A stretch of DNA of 64,000 bases from Lama glama (Eukaryota): contig CM052828.1 of NCBI GenBank assembly GCA_028534125.1, forward strand, positions 2,170,001-2,234,000, in the 5' to 3' direction. Positions 28,112-41,110 of the stretch are shown one piece after another; within the stretch, counting starts at the first letter, position 1; each line of letters starts with the position of its first letter. The notes under the pieces are model-generated. The model was not told where the DNA came from and searched no databases. It saw nothing but the letters and a program-made list of their open reading frames with translations. The translations under genes were made by a program, and so were the position numbers.

Positions 28112-31100
28112 TTATTAACAAAAACCAGTTTTTTGCAAAATAAATCCATCTTTTCAACTTACTACCAAAAAGCCAGACGATTCCGCACATGCGCACACAC
28201 GGTTTGTTTGAAACCAGGAGCTTAACATCTTAGAAGCCAGGCTGATGGGCTTTCATGTTCTCCTACAGACGAGCTGGTGCCACGTACACTGCGCTAACTG
28301 TGCAAGCCCAAACCTGAGCCCAGCGAATGACAGTTGCTCCAATAGGGCCAAATGTCCGGCTGCCTCTTTCTAGAGGAAATGGACATCTTTTCAGCCATCC
28401 AGCTGTCTTCCTTCAAAAATATCTGCTGTATAACACACGCAGCACACCAGTAAGTGCTGAACAGACACACATGCCGCCTCACTGTGACATGGTGAGCGTG
28501 CACACACGGTTCACACTTAGCCTGTGTCATTCAACAGAACTACACTCCCAGCTGCTCGCGGGTGGAGACCCATACACACGTCCCGTAAGGCATGGTCCCA
28601 GCCCGGGACACATTCTCTCTGAATGAATGAAGGCAAGGTAAAAGAAATGACCAGTTTCGTAACGGGTACAAACCGTGCTGAGGGAGCTGGCGGGGAGCAT
28701 CAGCAGTGCCCTCGGACACGTCAGCAGCATGTAAACCTCACCTTCTCCTGCATCACATCCAAGTGCAGGCTCTTCCTCTGCTTCAGCCCGCCGTCCTCGC
28801 CCCTTGTGAGGGAAGATTCCTCACTGTTTCAGGAATTAGTACAAGCATGCTTTGCACACATCCAGTTTTTACTGATCATAAAACGTATCTTCAAACTTTA
28901 CAACATGCCCTAATCTTCCTAACGTGTAATGGCTTCACCTGAACGTCAAGTATCAGCAAGAATAAAAAGCAGTAAGAGAACAGAGAGCACCCTGGGTCAT
29001 GTCCAAAGCGAAGGGCGACTGCTCATCAGATTTCCCCTGTGGTTATTTTATACTTGGAAGTTCATCTTTCCCTTTCTAATTCGAAGCTGTTTTAGTATCA
29101 TTTACTTTCCCACAAGGGACCAGGAAATTCAAAACACCAAATTCATAAATGAAAAAACACGTGTGCACTGGAAACAAGACACTCCCGTGTTGTGCCACAA
29201 CGGCGTGGGCTGGGACACACGGCTCTTCAAAGAAAGCGAGGGACGCTGGTGCCCAGGAGACAGCGATCTGCAGCACTCATAAACATGCTCAGCCGGTCAG
29301 CGTCAAGGCAGCGGAGGGCCACCTCACAGCGCGGACATCGGTTTTACTAAAAGAGAAGGAACGTGCTTTGTAGAAATCCACAGTTTTTAATCAGGGGCCT
29401 CTGCTATAAGCTCCAACAGCGTTCATTTAATTCTTGAAAACATACTTGTGGGGTGAAGACGGGATTTTCCTCAGAGGTCGTGCTGAGGCCGGATGATGCC
29501 CAGCCACGTGGCAGCAGACCGTCCCTGGGCCGGGTCTCCGGAAGCCGAAGGGCAGGAGGCAGAGAAGCAGAAGCTTCCACCAGGGCTCAGGGCCGCCACG
29601 TCGGTGCTGCAGAGCACAACCAGGAGCGGCCGCTCGCCCCGTGGAGCCTGCTCCTGTATTCAGAGTACAGACCTGTAAACGCTGCCGTGATGATTACTCA
29701 TTTCAACTCCATCCAAGTCCCCGTAATTAAAAACATAAAGCAGCTTATCCTTGGACAGGTTTTCAAAGGCTTTCGGCATGAGGTGTTCAGTTTTTCCTCC
29801 AACTGGTGGCAGCTACTTAGAACATGAAGTCCTTTGATGCTGGGCCGGACGCTGAGTCTCCTGGCTAATGAGGACTGTTTTCTTTCTTTTTGATCCTGCT
29901 GCATGCTTGGGGCCAGTTTCAAGTGTAGCACTTCTTTCTGTCAAGAACTTTTTTTTTTTAAAACTACTTTTTGCTGGAATTAAGTTATCCAAATATTTGA
30001 TCTGTTCTCATGGCTTTCCTTGACTTTTCATAATGGATATATTTATCTTCCAGGTTATCGGGTGCCAATATATTGCATGAACGGGATTAAAGTTCTAAAA
30101 TTTTTAACGTTCGACAGACCACATTAGTAACTTAAGTCATTTACGGTCTTTCTTAAATAATGTAAAGTGCTTCACTCAGGCCCAGAACGGCCTCTACCTC
30201 ACCCTGATCCCCCTTCCTCCACAGTCAACCTCAAAGTCACACCACTCTCTTGTAGCAAAGGTATTTTCTGTCGTTTCAACAAGAAAAAAGAAAGATAGTA
30301 GGGGGTGATAAATTGGGGTGAGAATTTATTAGGTAACACAAGTTTATCATATTACACAATACAGCCTTACTGCATAACAGCTTTACCGTAGACATGTATG
30401 AAAAAATTAAAATCGCTAATCCCAAAAACAACCACTATTAAAATCCTTGTTTTTCCTTCCAGTATACGTCTTCCATTCTTTCTTAAGGCTGTGAGGAGCA
30501 TGTTTGATTAAAGCAGGCGAGCCTGGAGAAGGCAGCTCAGTGCCCAGCACACAGTAGGTACTGGAGAACACATGCCGAGTCCGCGTGAACGTTAGGTACG
30601 CTGATCTGACTCCCTGACCCTGGAACACCCCCGTCCCGGGGGGCCGGCCCAGGTGGGCGGGGGGACTCCCAACAGGACTCTCGTCCTGAGCAGCACAGCC
30701 CGAGGCAGCATGTCTGGTCTGGTGACGACCCCGGCCAGGTGGCTGACACCACAGCCCCTGGCTCCCATCCAACCCACTCAGCTGTCACACCCCTGCCTAC
30801 ACCAGCTGGGACCAACCACAGACTTTGGTGCCTTGCTTTTTCCTGTAAAACTGTATCATGAACATCGAATGTCCCTATCTTTAAACATTCTCTAAAAATG
30901 TGGCTTTTGAATGTTTACGTTGTCTCGTCACACGGACTAGAAGTGTTTTCATTTCCCCACCCCCTCGAATCACACAACATCACCTCTTTACCTCCTCAGG
31001 GTAAAGTCCAAGAAACTAAGCTGATCAGAAAGTCTGCACATCGAGCTGCCACCTGCTGTCCTCCGTGAGATGCATCAGCGCCAGCACCGCGGTGCTCCCC

Positions 31101-31399
31101 TCACCCTCAGCCCCGCCAGCCGGCGGACCCCCACCACACGGCTGCCTTGCGCCAGGTGCCCAGAGGGCAAGGCACACGGGTCCTTTCACGTAAGCCTCAT
31201 GGTCGCCCCAGGACGTCCTTTTACTCGCCTCTCACGGGGGTACACCTGAGGCCTGGAGAGCTACAGAACCAGCATCCAATTGCGGGTCCACTTCTGGGGG
31301 CCAGGCCTCCGGCCACGACGTCACACTTTACCACCAGTGTCACACGCATGGCACTTGTTCCTCTAACAGCATCTGATGCTGTTCTTTATTCTGTGAAAT

Positions 31400-32040
31400 G
31401 AGTTTTAGGAAAAGGATCCCTCGCCTGTTTTCCTATGAGACAGATTCGCTTTTTTCTTTTTTGGTGATTTGTAAGGCCTCTCAACACAGTAACTGTGTCA
31501 ACCCTTTGCCACGTGAGTGACATCCGTCCTGCTGTGTATTCTGACTCTGAATGGGGAAGGGCTTTGTCAGATCAAAGTCTGCGATTTTTATATAACCAAA
31601 TCAATCTTTCTCTCAAGGTCTGATTTTGGTATCATGTGAAGAAAGACCTTCCACATTTCAAAATTATCAGGACTTTCATGGTTTCTTTTTAAAAAATATT
31701 TAAATCAAAATAACTTATTTTCCCAAAATAGTTATCCACTGGCCTGCCATCACTACTGAAAACCAAGTCTTTCCCTCCTGATGAGAAACAATACTTCTAT
31801 CACGTCCCAAATTCAGTCATGCATTCATGTGTCTGTGACTGAAATTTCTCTATTCTCTCATTGACTTAATTGACTTTTCCAACGTAAGTATAAAACGCTC
31901 TTTTAAACACAGCATCTTCACAGTGTGTCTTACTACCTGGAACAAGTCCTCCAGCACTTTCCTCTACCAGATCTTCCCCGCCTAGCCTGGCATATTTATC
32001 ACCTACGGCTTCAGACCGTCTTAAGCGACAACAACAAAGA
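31400..32040 (-). mobile_element. Old L1 ORF2 fragment, antisense
   Basis: T-rich L1M-like strings such as ttttggtatcatg...agaaagacctt and tttctctattct. Confidence 0.5.
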
Positions 32041-33975
32041 TTTTCTTCAGCTGTGGGCTGCACAGCGCCCGACTCACAGAGCCACACAACTCACACAGCC
32101 CCCACCTCACACAGCGCCCGACTCCCACAGCCGCACAGAGCGTCAGGTTCCTCTTGCTGCCTAGACACAGCTTGCTTCCCACTTGAATATGCCCTTACAC
32201 GCTTCCCAGGGCCGGGCGTGTGCATGCGTGCGTGCGTGCACGCGGAGGGTCTGCGCTCTGCCCTCTGGTGTTCGCCCCCACGTGGATTTCAGCTTTTGCT
32301 GTTCTTGGGACTGGGCTTCGCCTCCACTGTGCTTTCTGGACAGCGTGCTTGTTAAATTCCTTGCACACAAGAAAGCTCTTGCTGGTTCCGGAAAACCCCA
32401 AGTCAAACAGGTTTCTTTATGGCTGGGCTCCTCGGAGCCTCTCACATACTGAAACTCTCCAAGAGGGGAAAATGCTGCGTTACTGTGTCTGATTTCCAAA
32501 CTTTCTGACCAGCGGGGCCCTTCTGGGAAGACGTCTGCATGCCTCCTAGAACTAGGGCTTCAGGGAGCGCACCTGCGAACACGTGCCACGGCTCCCTCTC
32601 TGCGTTACCGCCAGGACGGATGGCCCGCTGCTTGGCCACAGCCGCCACTTCACCACACGCAGGCGCTCTGGGAGCCAGACGACACTGCTGGCGGAGTCCC
32701 AGTGCCAGAGTTCACGCATCACTTCGGACTCTCCCGCTCACCAGTCACCTTTCCTTTCTGGAATATCCATCTTCTTCCCAGCCCATTTTTAATGTATGTA
32801 TCACTTCGTTATTTTAAAGCTCCTACTGGCATCTTAGCAGCGTCTAGAAACGTGGTCCGTGTCCTGTCAGCACAAGTCCTTTGCTCCCAGTCTGCTAGCG
32901 CACCTCAGTTTTCATACAGTACATGCAGGAAAGTGAATCAGTGAAGTCAGGCCGTGAGGAAGCTGTGGCCACGCAGCGTCACACCAGCCGAGCACACGCC
33001 GGGCAGGTGGCAGGGGCTCGGCCTTCACTCACCCTGCTAAGGCAGGCAACGTGACAGTCCGACAGACACATCACTGACGGCGCAGCGAGCTCCAGCGCGG
33101 CCCGAGCGCCAGATCAGTGACGTGAAGCGGGAGCAGCGAGCACCCCTGCAGGCAGGGGAAAACAGCCCCTCCCGCCTCTCACACCCGGGTTAAGGCAAGA
33201 CTGTCCTCAGCTGATCCCCGGGAAACACAAGCCACACACGGAGACAGACCGGAGAGGAGGAGGGACCAAGTAAGTGGGGACCGAGGTGAGCACAAGCAGG
33301 TAAGAAAAATGCCAGTCTCTGTGCTGTGACACAGGTGACACGCAGGTGAGGACAGACAGACCCCACTACAGTTTATAAGTAAACCTGAGCAAAGAAACAT
33401 AATCCCCGAAGCGCCGCAGCAAATTTATCTGTGAACCGACCTAGAAATTAGGTCTTTTCAATTCAGATCAGTAACTGGAATCTAAGGAACCGAAGCACAT
33501 CATTCAAGGCTCTTGACGTCCACCAGTGAATAAAACCAACCAGCTAGCGCCTTCTGGTGTGTCACCCACCGAACTTCAAGAATGCAGCTAACCGCAACTC
33601 CCAACTGTCAGTAGGACTCGCTCACAGGTGAGGCTCCTGCTGTGGCCGCAGCGGCTGGAGGCACCGAGGATGCGGCAGTGAGCTATCAGGCCAGGCCCCT
33701 GCCCTAAAGGAGCCTCCGGCCCAGGGGGAGAGGGATGATGACACAACACATGAGCAAATGGGGCGACACGGGAGTGGTCGGGACCAAGAGCAAAGCAGGG
33801 AGGAGGATGGAGTGGGACAGGCGGAACGTGGGAGGACACACTGTGGAGTGAGTCCTAAGGAGGGTGCAGGGCCCGTCACCTGGGGAGAAACAGTCCAGAC
33901 AGAGGGGCTGTGAGCGTGGGGACACCAGTCTCACCTTCACAGTCACAATCACAATGAATGCAAGGGAAGGAGTAC

Positions 33976-34062
33976 CTGGTTTCTGGATCAAGAGAATCCA
34001 CAAGTTTTTTATCAGCTAGTAATTTTTGCAGACTTTGATGTAACTCCACATTTGTGTTCAGC
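33976..34062 (-). CDS. MIPEP: MIPEP exon 4 (87 nt)
   Basis: ttccag|[28 protein letters not shown](R)|gtactc. Confidence 0.96.
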
Positions 34063-35111
34063 CTGGAAAAATTAGAAACAAAAAAAATTAAAAGACTTTC
34101 TAACACTTTTTCTTTCTTTACATCAATAGAATGTAGTCAAGTTCCAGCACACACGCCCAGAGGTCCGGGCTGCTTTTTGTCTTGTTTCTTCCTCTGGACC
34201 ACGAACACCTCAACAGTTAGTACAGGACAGGCAGTGGGTCAGTATGAAGCAGGGTAGTTACCCTGGAAGGTCAAAGGACAAATGTAAAGCCACAGTCAAT
34301 AGCTGGGGCCAGAGGAGCAGACAGGGTGGGGTCCCACCTCCATCCAGAACCATTTGTTTTTCTAGAAAAGGAGGGGGGATGGGAGGGAGGAGGAACACAC
34401 ACCTGCCATCCTGCCCTGAACCCACAGGGCCAGGGGCCTTTGCTCACCTGGGTAAGAGGCAGGTCCACACCACGGGGACAGATTGAGGTTAGGCTTCCGA
34501 GTCACACACCCGCTGCAACATAAGCCCCACAGCTACTCTGTGACCTGGGGCAAGCTGTCCCAGCCGGTGAGAGCCTTGGCCACCCCAAGGGTTAAATGAG
34601 ACGCCGGGCATGGCCCACACCCCCAGCGGCTGCACCAGCCCACCCAGGCCCCTGCCTGAGCACCACTCTCAACCCACCTGCAGTACCACCATCGGGTCCC
34701 GAGTCCTCCGCCCCAGAAACCAACAAGCCCTGGCGGCTGCTCTAGGAGCAACCGGCTCCTGGCCCGGGGATCCCCAGGGAAGGCCCATGTTCCCAGAGCC
34801 ACCTGCCAGTTCCCACTAGGGACTCTGGGATGGTCAGGTTGCCCAGTCAGTTCACAGTCAAAAAGTCCATGGGTTTCTGCTGCCACAGTTCTCACGGGCC
34901 ACCCCGAACACAAGAGGCACGAGGCGGCCCCACCAGCTGAGAAACGCTCAGCAGAAGGGCAGGCCGGCCTCAGCCCCAGGAACTGGGAGAAAGTCAGCAA
35001 GGACGTCCACCTCCTCAGGCCGCCCCAGGGCCAGGTGTCACCGCTGGTGTCCCCGCCCAGGCCTCTCCTCCGACACGGCCGGGACCCCGTTGGGGGAAGG
35101 AGCGCACGTAC

Positions 35112-35200
35112 CTCTCCACCGCAGTGCCGATGCTCCGGCAGGCCTCATCAGCCGCCTCTCGGAAGGCAGCCTCGGGGTGAGCGAGCTTCACAAAGTCAGC
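35112..35200 (-). CDS. MIPEP: MIPEP exon 3 (89 nt)
   Basis: ccccag|[29 protein letters not shown](R)|gtacgt. Confidence 0.96.
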
Positions 35201-37219
35201 CTGGGGGAGACAAAACCAGAAGGGAACGTGATGGCGTGTCTCCCCTGGGATCTGAGGACAGAAATGCAAACCTGTGATTTTAAACAGGCCGCTGGCTGGA
35301 CCCTGGCGTCTGTGTCACTGACACTTTCCTGAACGTCATGATTTCTGCTCCTCCCTGCAAAGGAAATACTCCTACCAGCTTTGCTGTAGGAAGTCTCTCT
35401 CCCTCAAATGTGAACATCAGGCAAATTCTCCCTACTTCTATCGGTCAGAAAAGCAGACTCCTGTCTCAGATAATCTGGAACTTTCCATCTGAGTCTTTGC
35501 ACCATGGTCCTCACACTAACCTGGCTCAGGGAACTCAGGGAGGCTCTTCCTTCTTGAATTGACACCTGGTGCAGTTCCAAGGTGAGTGGGCTGCACCCCA
35601 GCCTCGGTGCAGAAGACAAGGCACATTCTCTCCACCAGTGTGAAGCGAGCAGGGGGGCCCGCGGCCGCCTCCCCGGCACAGGACTAGGGCTGCTACACTG
35701 ACCTGAGAATTCACCTTAGAATCTTTTTAAATGAAACTTCATAAAATCAGACTTTAGTCTCCACATTAACTGCATCACAAGGCAAAAGGGCAATGCAGGG
35801 AAATGACAAAGCACTACCCACCTTCTTCTCTCTCGTGAAGACGTGTGACTATTACACAAAATAAAATCACCACAAGATCAAACTTCCTGATTTTACTATC
35901 AAACAGTTTTTGATGTAAAACCATTTGAATCCATAGTCTGATACAACACTTGTTAAACAGCAGGACAACATCAGCACTGAAGCACCTGAGAAGCGAGCTA
36001 TGTAAAAATCGCAACAGAGTATAAATCACTGACCTACGTGTTGCAGAATTTACAATCAATATTAAAACTCAAAACACTAGCACACATCTTCAATCTCACT
36101 TGTGGTGTTGAGGAAAATACTGTTACACAGCGACTATATTAAGAAAAAGAAAACAAAAAACCATTTGGTGGGGAACGTATAAAACCAATGCCTTATAACA
36201 GTACTGATCTCACTAGCAAGTAAAGTCTTAAAAATTCAAAAAGGAAGATTCTTTGAACTTTTTCACCTAACGATTGACATGTATAAATCATGTCTTTTTT
36301 TTAATATTATCAAACTTCATGAATATTTTTAAAAACTTCAAAAATAGGACAAGCTATGGAGCAGGAGTTAAAATCTTTCAGTGAAAAGCAAAAGTAAAAA
36401 TGTGGGGCAAATCCGAGAGCACTGGTTAATGGAGATGGAAGCTAAGGCAACAAATCAGCAGTAAGTCTGGGATTTGGGGCCACAAAAGCCAACACCTGAT
36501 CGCACGTAAGTGAAGCCTGCTGATCAGCATCTTCCATCCAGACTTCAGCAACACAACCAGGCAGAGGAGGGTCAAGACCTCGTTTCTGGCAGGAGGTCTC
36601 CCAAACCCCAAATCCGGATGTACGCCTGCTGTGCACACACTGGAGGGTCAGAACCCAAACCCAGTGAAACCCAGAACTGGCCAGAAGGAGCCTGTAACAT
36701 CTTACTTCACTCCCAGGAAAACCCCTAACACAGGCACTTTGTCCATTTCCTTAACACCAGGGAGCTGCCAGCAGTGACTGTGCTAACACTGAGGGGCTGC
36801 TGCTGACGCAGGTGCCGGGAGGAAGGAGATGTTCTGAAAAAGGAAAAAGGGGAAATGTTACGCTGGGTAAAAAAAAAAAATCAACCTCAAAAGGTAAATA
36901 TGATTCCATTTACCTGACATTCTAGAAAAGACAAACCACAGGGGTGGAGAACAGGTGGGTGGTCCCTCGGGGTGAGGAGGAGGCGGGTCTGACATCACTG
37001 GGGTGATAGTCACGCCTCCTGACTGTGGCAGTGGCGTGTCCGGGAGTCGAAATTCACAGAAATGTCCCATCCCCTAAGGAGTCCACGCTACCGCGTGATC
37101 ATTTTAAAAATATATACTTCCACCCCTCCAGGCAAGGCTCCCCAGGCCGGAGTCGCCGCCACCGGCCCGGGAGGCTGGAGACGAGCAGGGAAGACCCAGA
37201 GCCCAGCTCCGCCACTCTG

Positions 37220-37330
37220 GCCAGGTGACCCTGGGCCTCACTTAACCCCTCAGTGGCTTTCTTTCCTCATCTTAAAGTGAGGATGTGCCGAGAAAGCTAA
37301 ATCAGTCAAAGTAGGTAAAGCTCTCCCCAG
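37220..37330 (+). mobile_element. MIR fragment
   Basis: gtgaccctgggcctcacttaacccctcag...tttcctcatct. Confidence 0.5.
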
Positions 37331-38098
37331 GACCCGCGCCCGGTAAGAACTGGAGAACAGTTCACAGCGGAACACCTGCCCCATGAGGGCAGAGCCAGGG
37401 TCCGTCTCCCTTGTGCACTCACTCCCCGCGGGGCGCCGGGTGGGGCTCCACGGAGAAAGGGTGGGAGGAAGCTGTGGAAGGTCCGATACCATGCAGACAG
37501 GCTCAGGAGGGACCATGATTTAGGACACGTGCACCACGACCCTCGCTGTTGACAGGATGACAGAGACGCGGCCGTCCTGGGCGGGAGGAACCAGGCCTCC
37601 ACCTCAGCTGGCCAGGAGACTTGCACACACTCCCCTCCAACTTCAAAATGTGGGGAAAAGAAGGCTTTGATAGAATCTGGTTGATGTCAAAACCTTGGTT
37701 TTAATTAGAGAAGACATTCCTGAAAAGGTTTACAAGAACTAGTTTTTTTTAATTAATTTTTTTGTAAATGTATAGACAAATGTTCTATTATAATTTTGGT
37801 AGTTTTCATGAAAGAACTTTGGTCCTGTGAAGGACCTTTGCCACATGCGTAATCGTTCTTTCATCACGCACGACATGTGTCTTTCACTAAATACACACAT
37901 TCAAGCACCAGTTCTAACGTTCACCTTTTCCTGCACGTTCTTCCCCTTCAACAGCACATTTGACTGTAACGGATCACACCTAACAGCTCTCAAGTAGTTC
38001 AGACGTTCTAACCTTACACTCTCAAGTTAAACCTAAACACTCAGCTTAAACTGTGACAGCTTGAGAGAGAGGCACTGGCGGCTCGGGCCAGGACTCAC

Positions 38099-38272
38099 CA
38101 GGTCGGCCACCCTGCACAAGGAGTCGGACAGCTCGTCGAAGATGGCCACCGTCTGGGGCCCAGGTGGCACGGAGCACACCCGCTCCACCAGCTCGTCCGC
38201 CTTTCTCAAGGCCGTCTCCTGGGCGATACGAAATCCTTCTGGGGCACTGAGCTCAGGAACTCCAAAGAGGCC
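38099..38272 (-). CDS. MIPEP: MIPEP exon 2 (174 nt)
   Basis: tttcag|[58 protein letters not shown]|gtgagt. Confidence 0.96.
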
Positions 38273-39859
38273 CTGAAATACAGAGAATATTCCCCCTGTA
38301 TAACTAAAACCTTGCTTTACGGGTATTAAATATAAACACTCTTCTCATAAAGTCTTGGCTTTCATTGCTGCTTCATGGCATCATGGTACCTGTGCTCACA
38401 GATAGCACTTCCATATCCCCCACATCCCAGACACAGACTAAAACGAATGTTCTTAGAATACAACTTTCAGTTTTTAATTATTTTATAAAAACAAAAGAAG
38501 AACGATACAGTTCAAACTCCAGTGGTCACTACCACAGAACTGTGGCCATGATTAAATGAGACAACACACATTTAAAACTCAACATTTTACCAGTGGCTGG
38601 TACACAGAAAGCACTTAATAGATGTCAGCTGTAATCACTATTAGCTGTGTGACCCTGGTCAAGTTCTCCCTCCTCCTAGTACTAGAGGCAGGAGCGCTGC
38701 TCTTCGCCATCTTAGCCAGCTGCCCAACTCAGGGCCCGCCGCATGCATGAACGCACGAATGAAACAGATTAACGGGCCAGACGCGTAGCTTTGTAGATTA
38801 AACATCTGCAAAGGTAACACATCAAATGTGGGAAACACCAAGAGGTAAGGTTTCTGAGGGCTGCCAGCGCCCACTGTCCCTGCAAGAAGGGATGAGGGGT
38901 CGTTAACCTCCTTCCAAATACACTAACAAGCTGGAGAAAATAAAGACAGCTGGGGGCAGAGCAGAAGCAGGACCAAAAATAATTTGATCTTTACATGGAT
39001 TTGATTCGATTCAAGTACAGATTACTTATTTTCACTTCTCAGCCTAACTCCCCAGGCTACTCTACTTCTAAATCTCAGCCTACCAGTTATGGTATTGCTT
39101 TAAAAAATTATATAAACTTTCGTCATTTTTTTTATTAAAACCCCATTTACATATTTTAAAGTCTGATACCAGGACCTAAAACCATGACGTACAAAAGAAA
39201 ATTAATAAAGCTAAACTTAGTTATATTTCCTCCACCCACATCGGAGCTTACCCCTCACTTGGTTCTGCTCAGTACCTACAGGGAGTGCTCTTTCTCATAC
39301 CGATTATGTCAGTACCAACTTTGTTTACCCCTATAGAAGTTGGTGTAGCAAACTTCATTCAAAAATAATTTAAAAACAAAGAAATTTGGGAGTTAAATAA
39401 GAAAAACTCACATTTAGGCTCACTGTAACCACACCCCAGACTCATCTTTACAAGAAAGGCAGTAGTAGAAACAATGGGGGGAAAAAACAAAAACAAAAGT
39501 AACAACGTGAAGTGGGCAAATGCACAAATGCAAAGTAAACAGGCATCAACTAAGTCCCTCTCAAGCCTGCCCTCCTTTCACCCTTAATTCCCTCACTGAG
39601 TAAAGAACGAGTGCCTGCCAAATGCCGCCACAGAGCGGGGCGTGGGAACCCCGGATAACTAGGAACACAATTCGGTGACTTCCTGCGGGAAAAGTCCGCG
39701 TGAGAGGCTTTAGGGGACACGACTCTCCGCGAGTTTTGTGTTTTAAGAAAAGAAAAAGCCCAAAGCTTTGACAAATATTAATGACGGCGCATCAACAGAA
39801 GGAGTAATTACACTAATTACACGAGCGGGTCCTGGCGAACAGACACTGGCTACTGCAGG

Positions 39860-41110
39860 TGAGCTCACGGGGCGGCCCCCGCCTCACCTGAGCCGGGGGG
39901 AGCAGGAACCGCGGCAGGAGTGGGAGTGGGGGCGGGGGGGAGGAGTAGGGGGAAGGGTGGGGACAGGGAGAGAGGGGAGGGCGGGGAGGGGCGTCGGGGA
40001 GCCGCTCAGGCCCGCAGGACCCCGGGCTCTCGCTGAAGCGGCTGCCATACCCGCACCGGGGCCGCCGCGCCCCCCTGCACCAGCCCCTCGGAGGAGTGAC
40101 CCGCAAGGTCACCCTGGGGTAGAAGACACCTCCGTCCGCTGCGAGGCGGGCTCGCCGTCCGGCCCCTCCAGACCCCGAGGACCCCGCGGGCCGCTCACCC
40201 CGCGCTCGCCGTACAGGTCCAGCCGGCGTCCCTGGGGCTGCACATTGAAGGCGGCGCCCACCGGGGACCAAGTGGTGCTGACCCGCCGGGCCCAGAGCCC
40301 GGCCCGGAGGCCGCCCAGGCGTCGGGCGCACAGCATCGCGCCCCGCAGCAGCGCCCTAGCGCCGCGAGTCCCGCGAACCGCCCCGCAGCCCCGCCTGAGC
40401 GCGCGCCACGTGACCCCGCGCTTCCGGGAAGAGGTCGAGGTCGCAGGGCGAGAGCACGTCGGCGTCCCCGGGGCAAGAGCGTCGTCCCCGCCTTCCGGAG
40501 CCGCCGCTTGCAGCGCCCCCGCGGGCCTGGAGGAGGAACCGCAGGGTCGCCCCGCCCTCCCACGTGGCCTAAGCCTCGCGGGAACACGTGCGCGGCGGGC
40601 GCCCGGCTTCCTCGCACGCCTGGCCCGGACGCGCCACCCGCGTCGGTCTCCGCCCCAGGGGCTTGCGGTACACGTGCGCTGCGACTGCACGTCCCAGCCT
40701 GGCGGCCAAAACTGTCGGTGAACCTTCATCCATTGACTGTAAACGCGTAGTGATGGATGACATAATCGACAACGCAGTTCCTGGGATGGGGGGATTCCAC
40801 CAAACCGACGGGGTGAGGGGTGGAACCTGGGGCGGGAGGGCAGGGGAGGTGAGAGTAAGCCATGGGAGGAGGGGTGGCAGACTGCGCCCTCCCGGTGTCC
40901 GCCCGACTTCCACCCGGATCGAAGGATCACCTGGGACGGCCCTGGAGAGTGACCCTACGGGAGGGCAGCCCAGAGGCTGGGGTGGAGCGGGAGGGAGCCT
41001 GCTGCTGCGGCCTCGCCTCGGCCCCTTGCGGGAGCCGGACACCCCGGCACCCAGCCCGTAAGCACGGAAACCCCGGGGCAGTGAGGACCGTGCTAAGGAC
41101 GCTTCTGTGC
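39860..41110. promoter_or_regulatory. CpG island / MIPEP promoter, possibly bidirectional
   Basis: Dense CpG and very high GC over MIPEP exon 1; CACGTG at 40407, 40561, 40585 and 40671; CTTCCGG ETS-type sites at 40421 and 40492. Confidence 0.85.
40199..40336 (-). CDS. MIPEP: Mitochondrial intermediate peptidase, exon 1 (coding part, 138 nt, includes presequence)
   Basis: ATG at 40336; [46 protein letters not shown] matches the MIPEP N-terminus; donor GGG|GTGAGC; lies in a CpG island. Confidence 0.95.

Noticed and set aside
39768-40721. 317-aa + strand ORF across the CpG island
   Set aside because: TTG start, Arg/Pro/Gly/Ala-biased; typical CpG-island artefact
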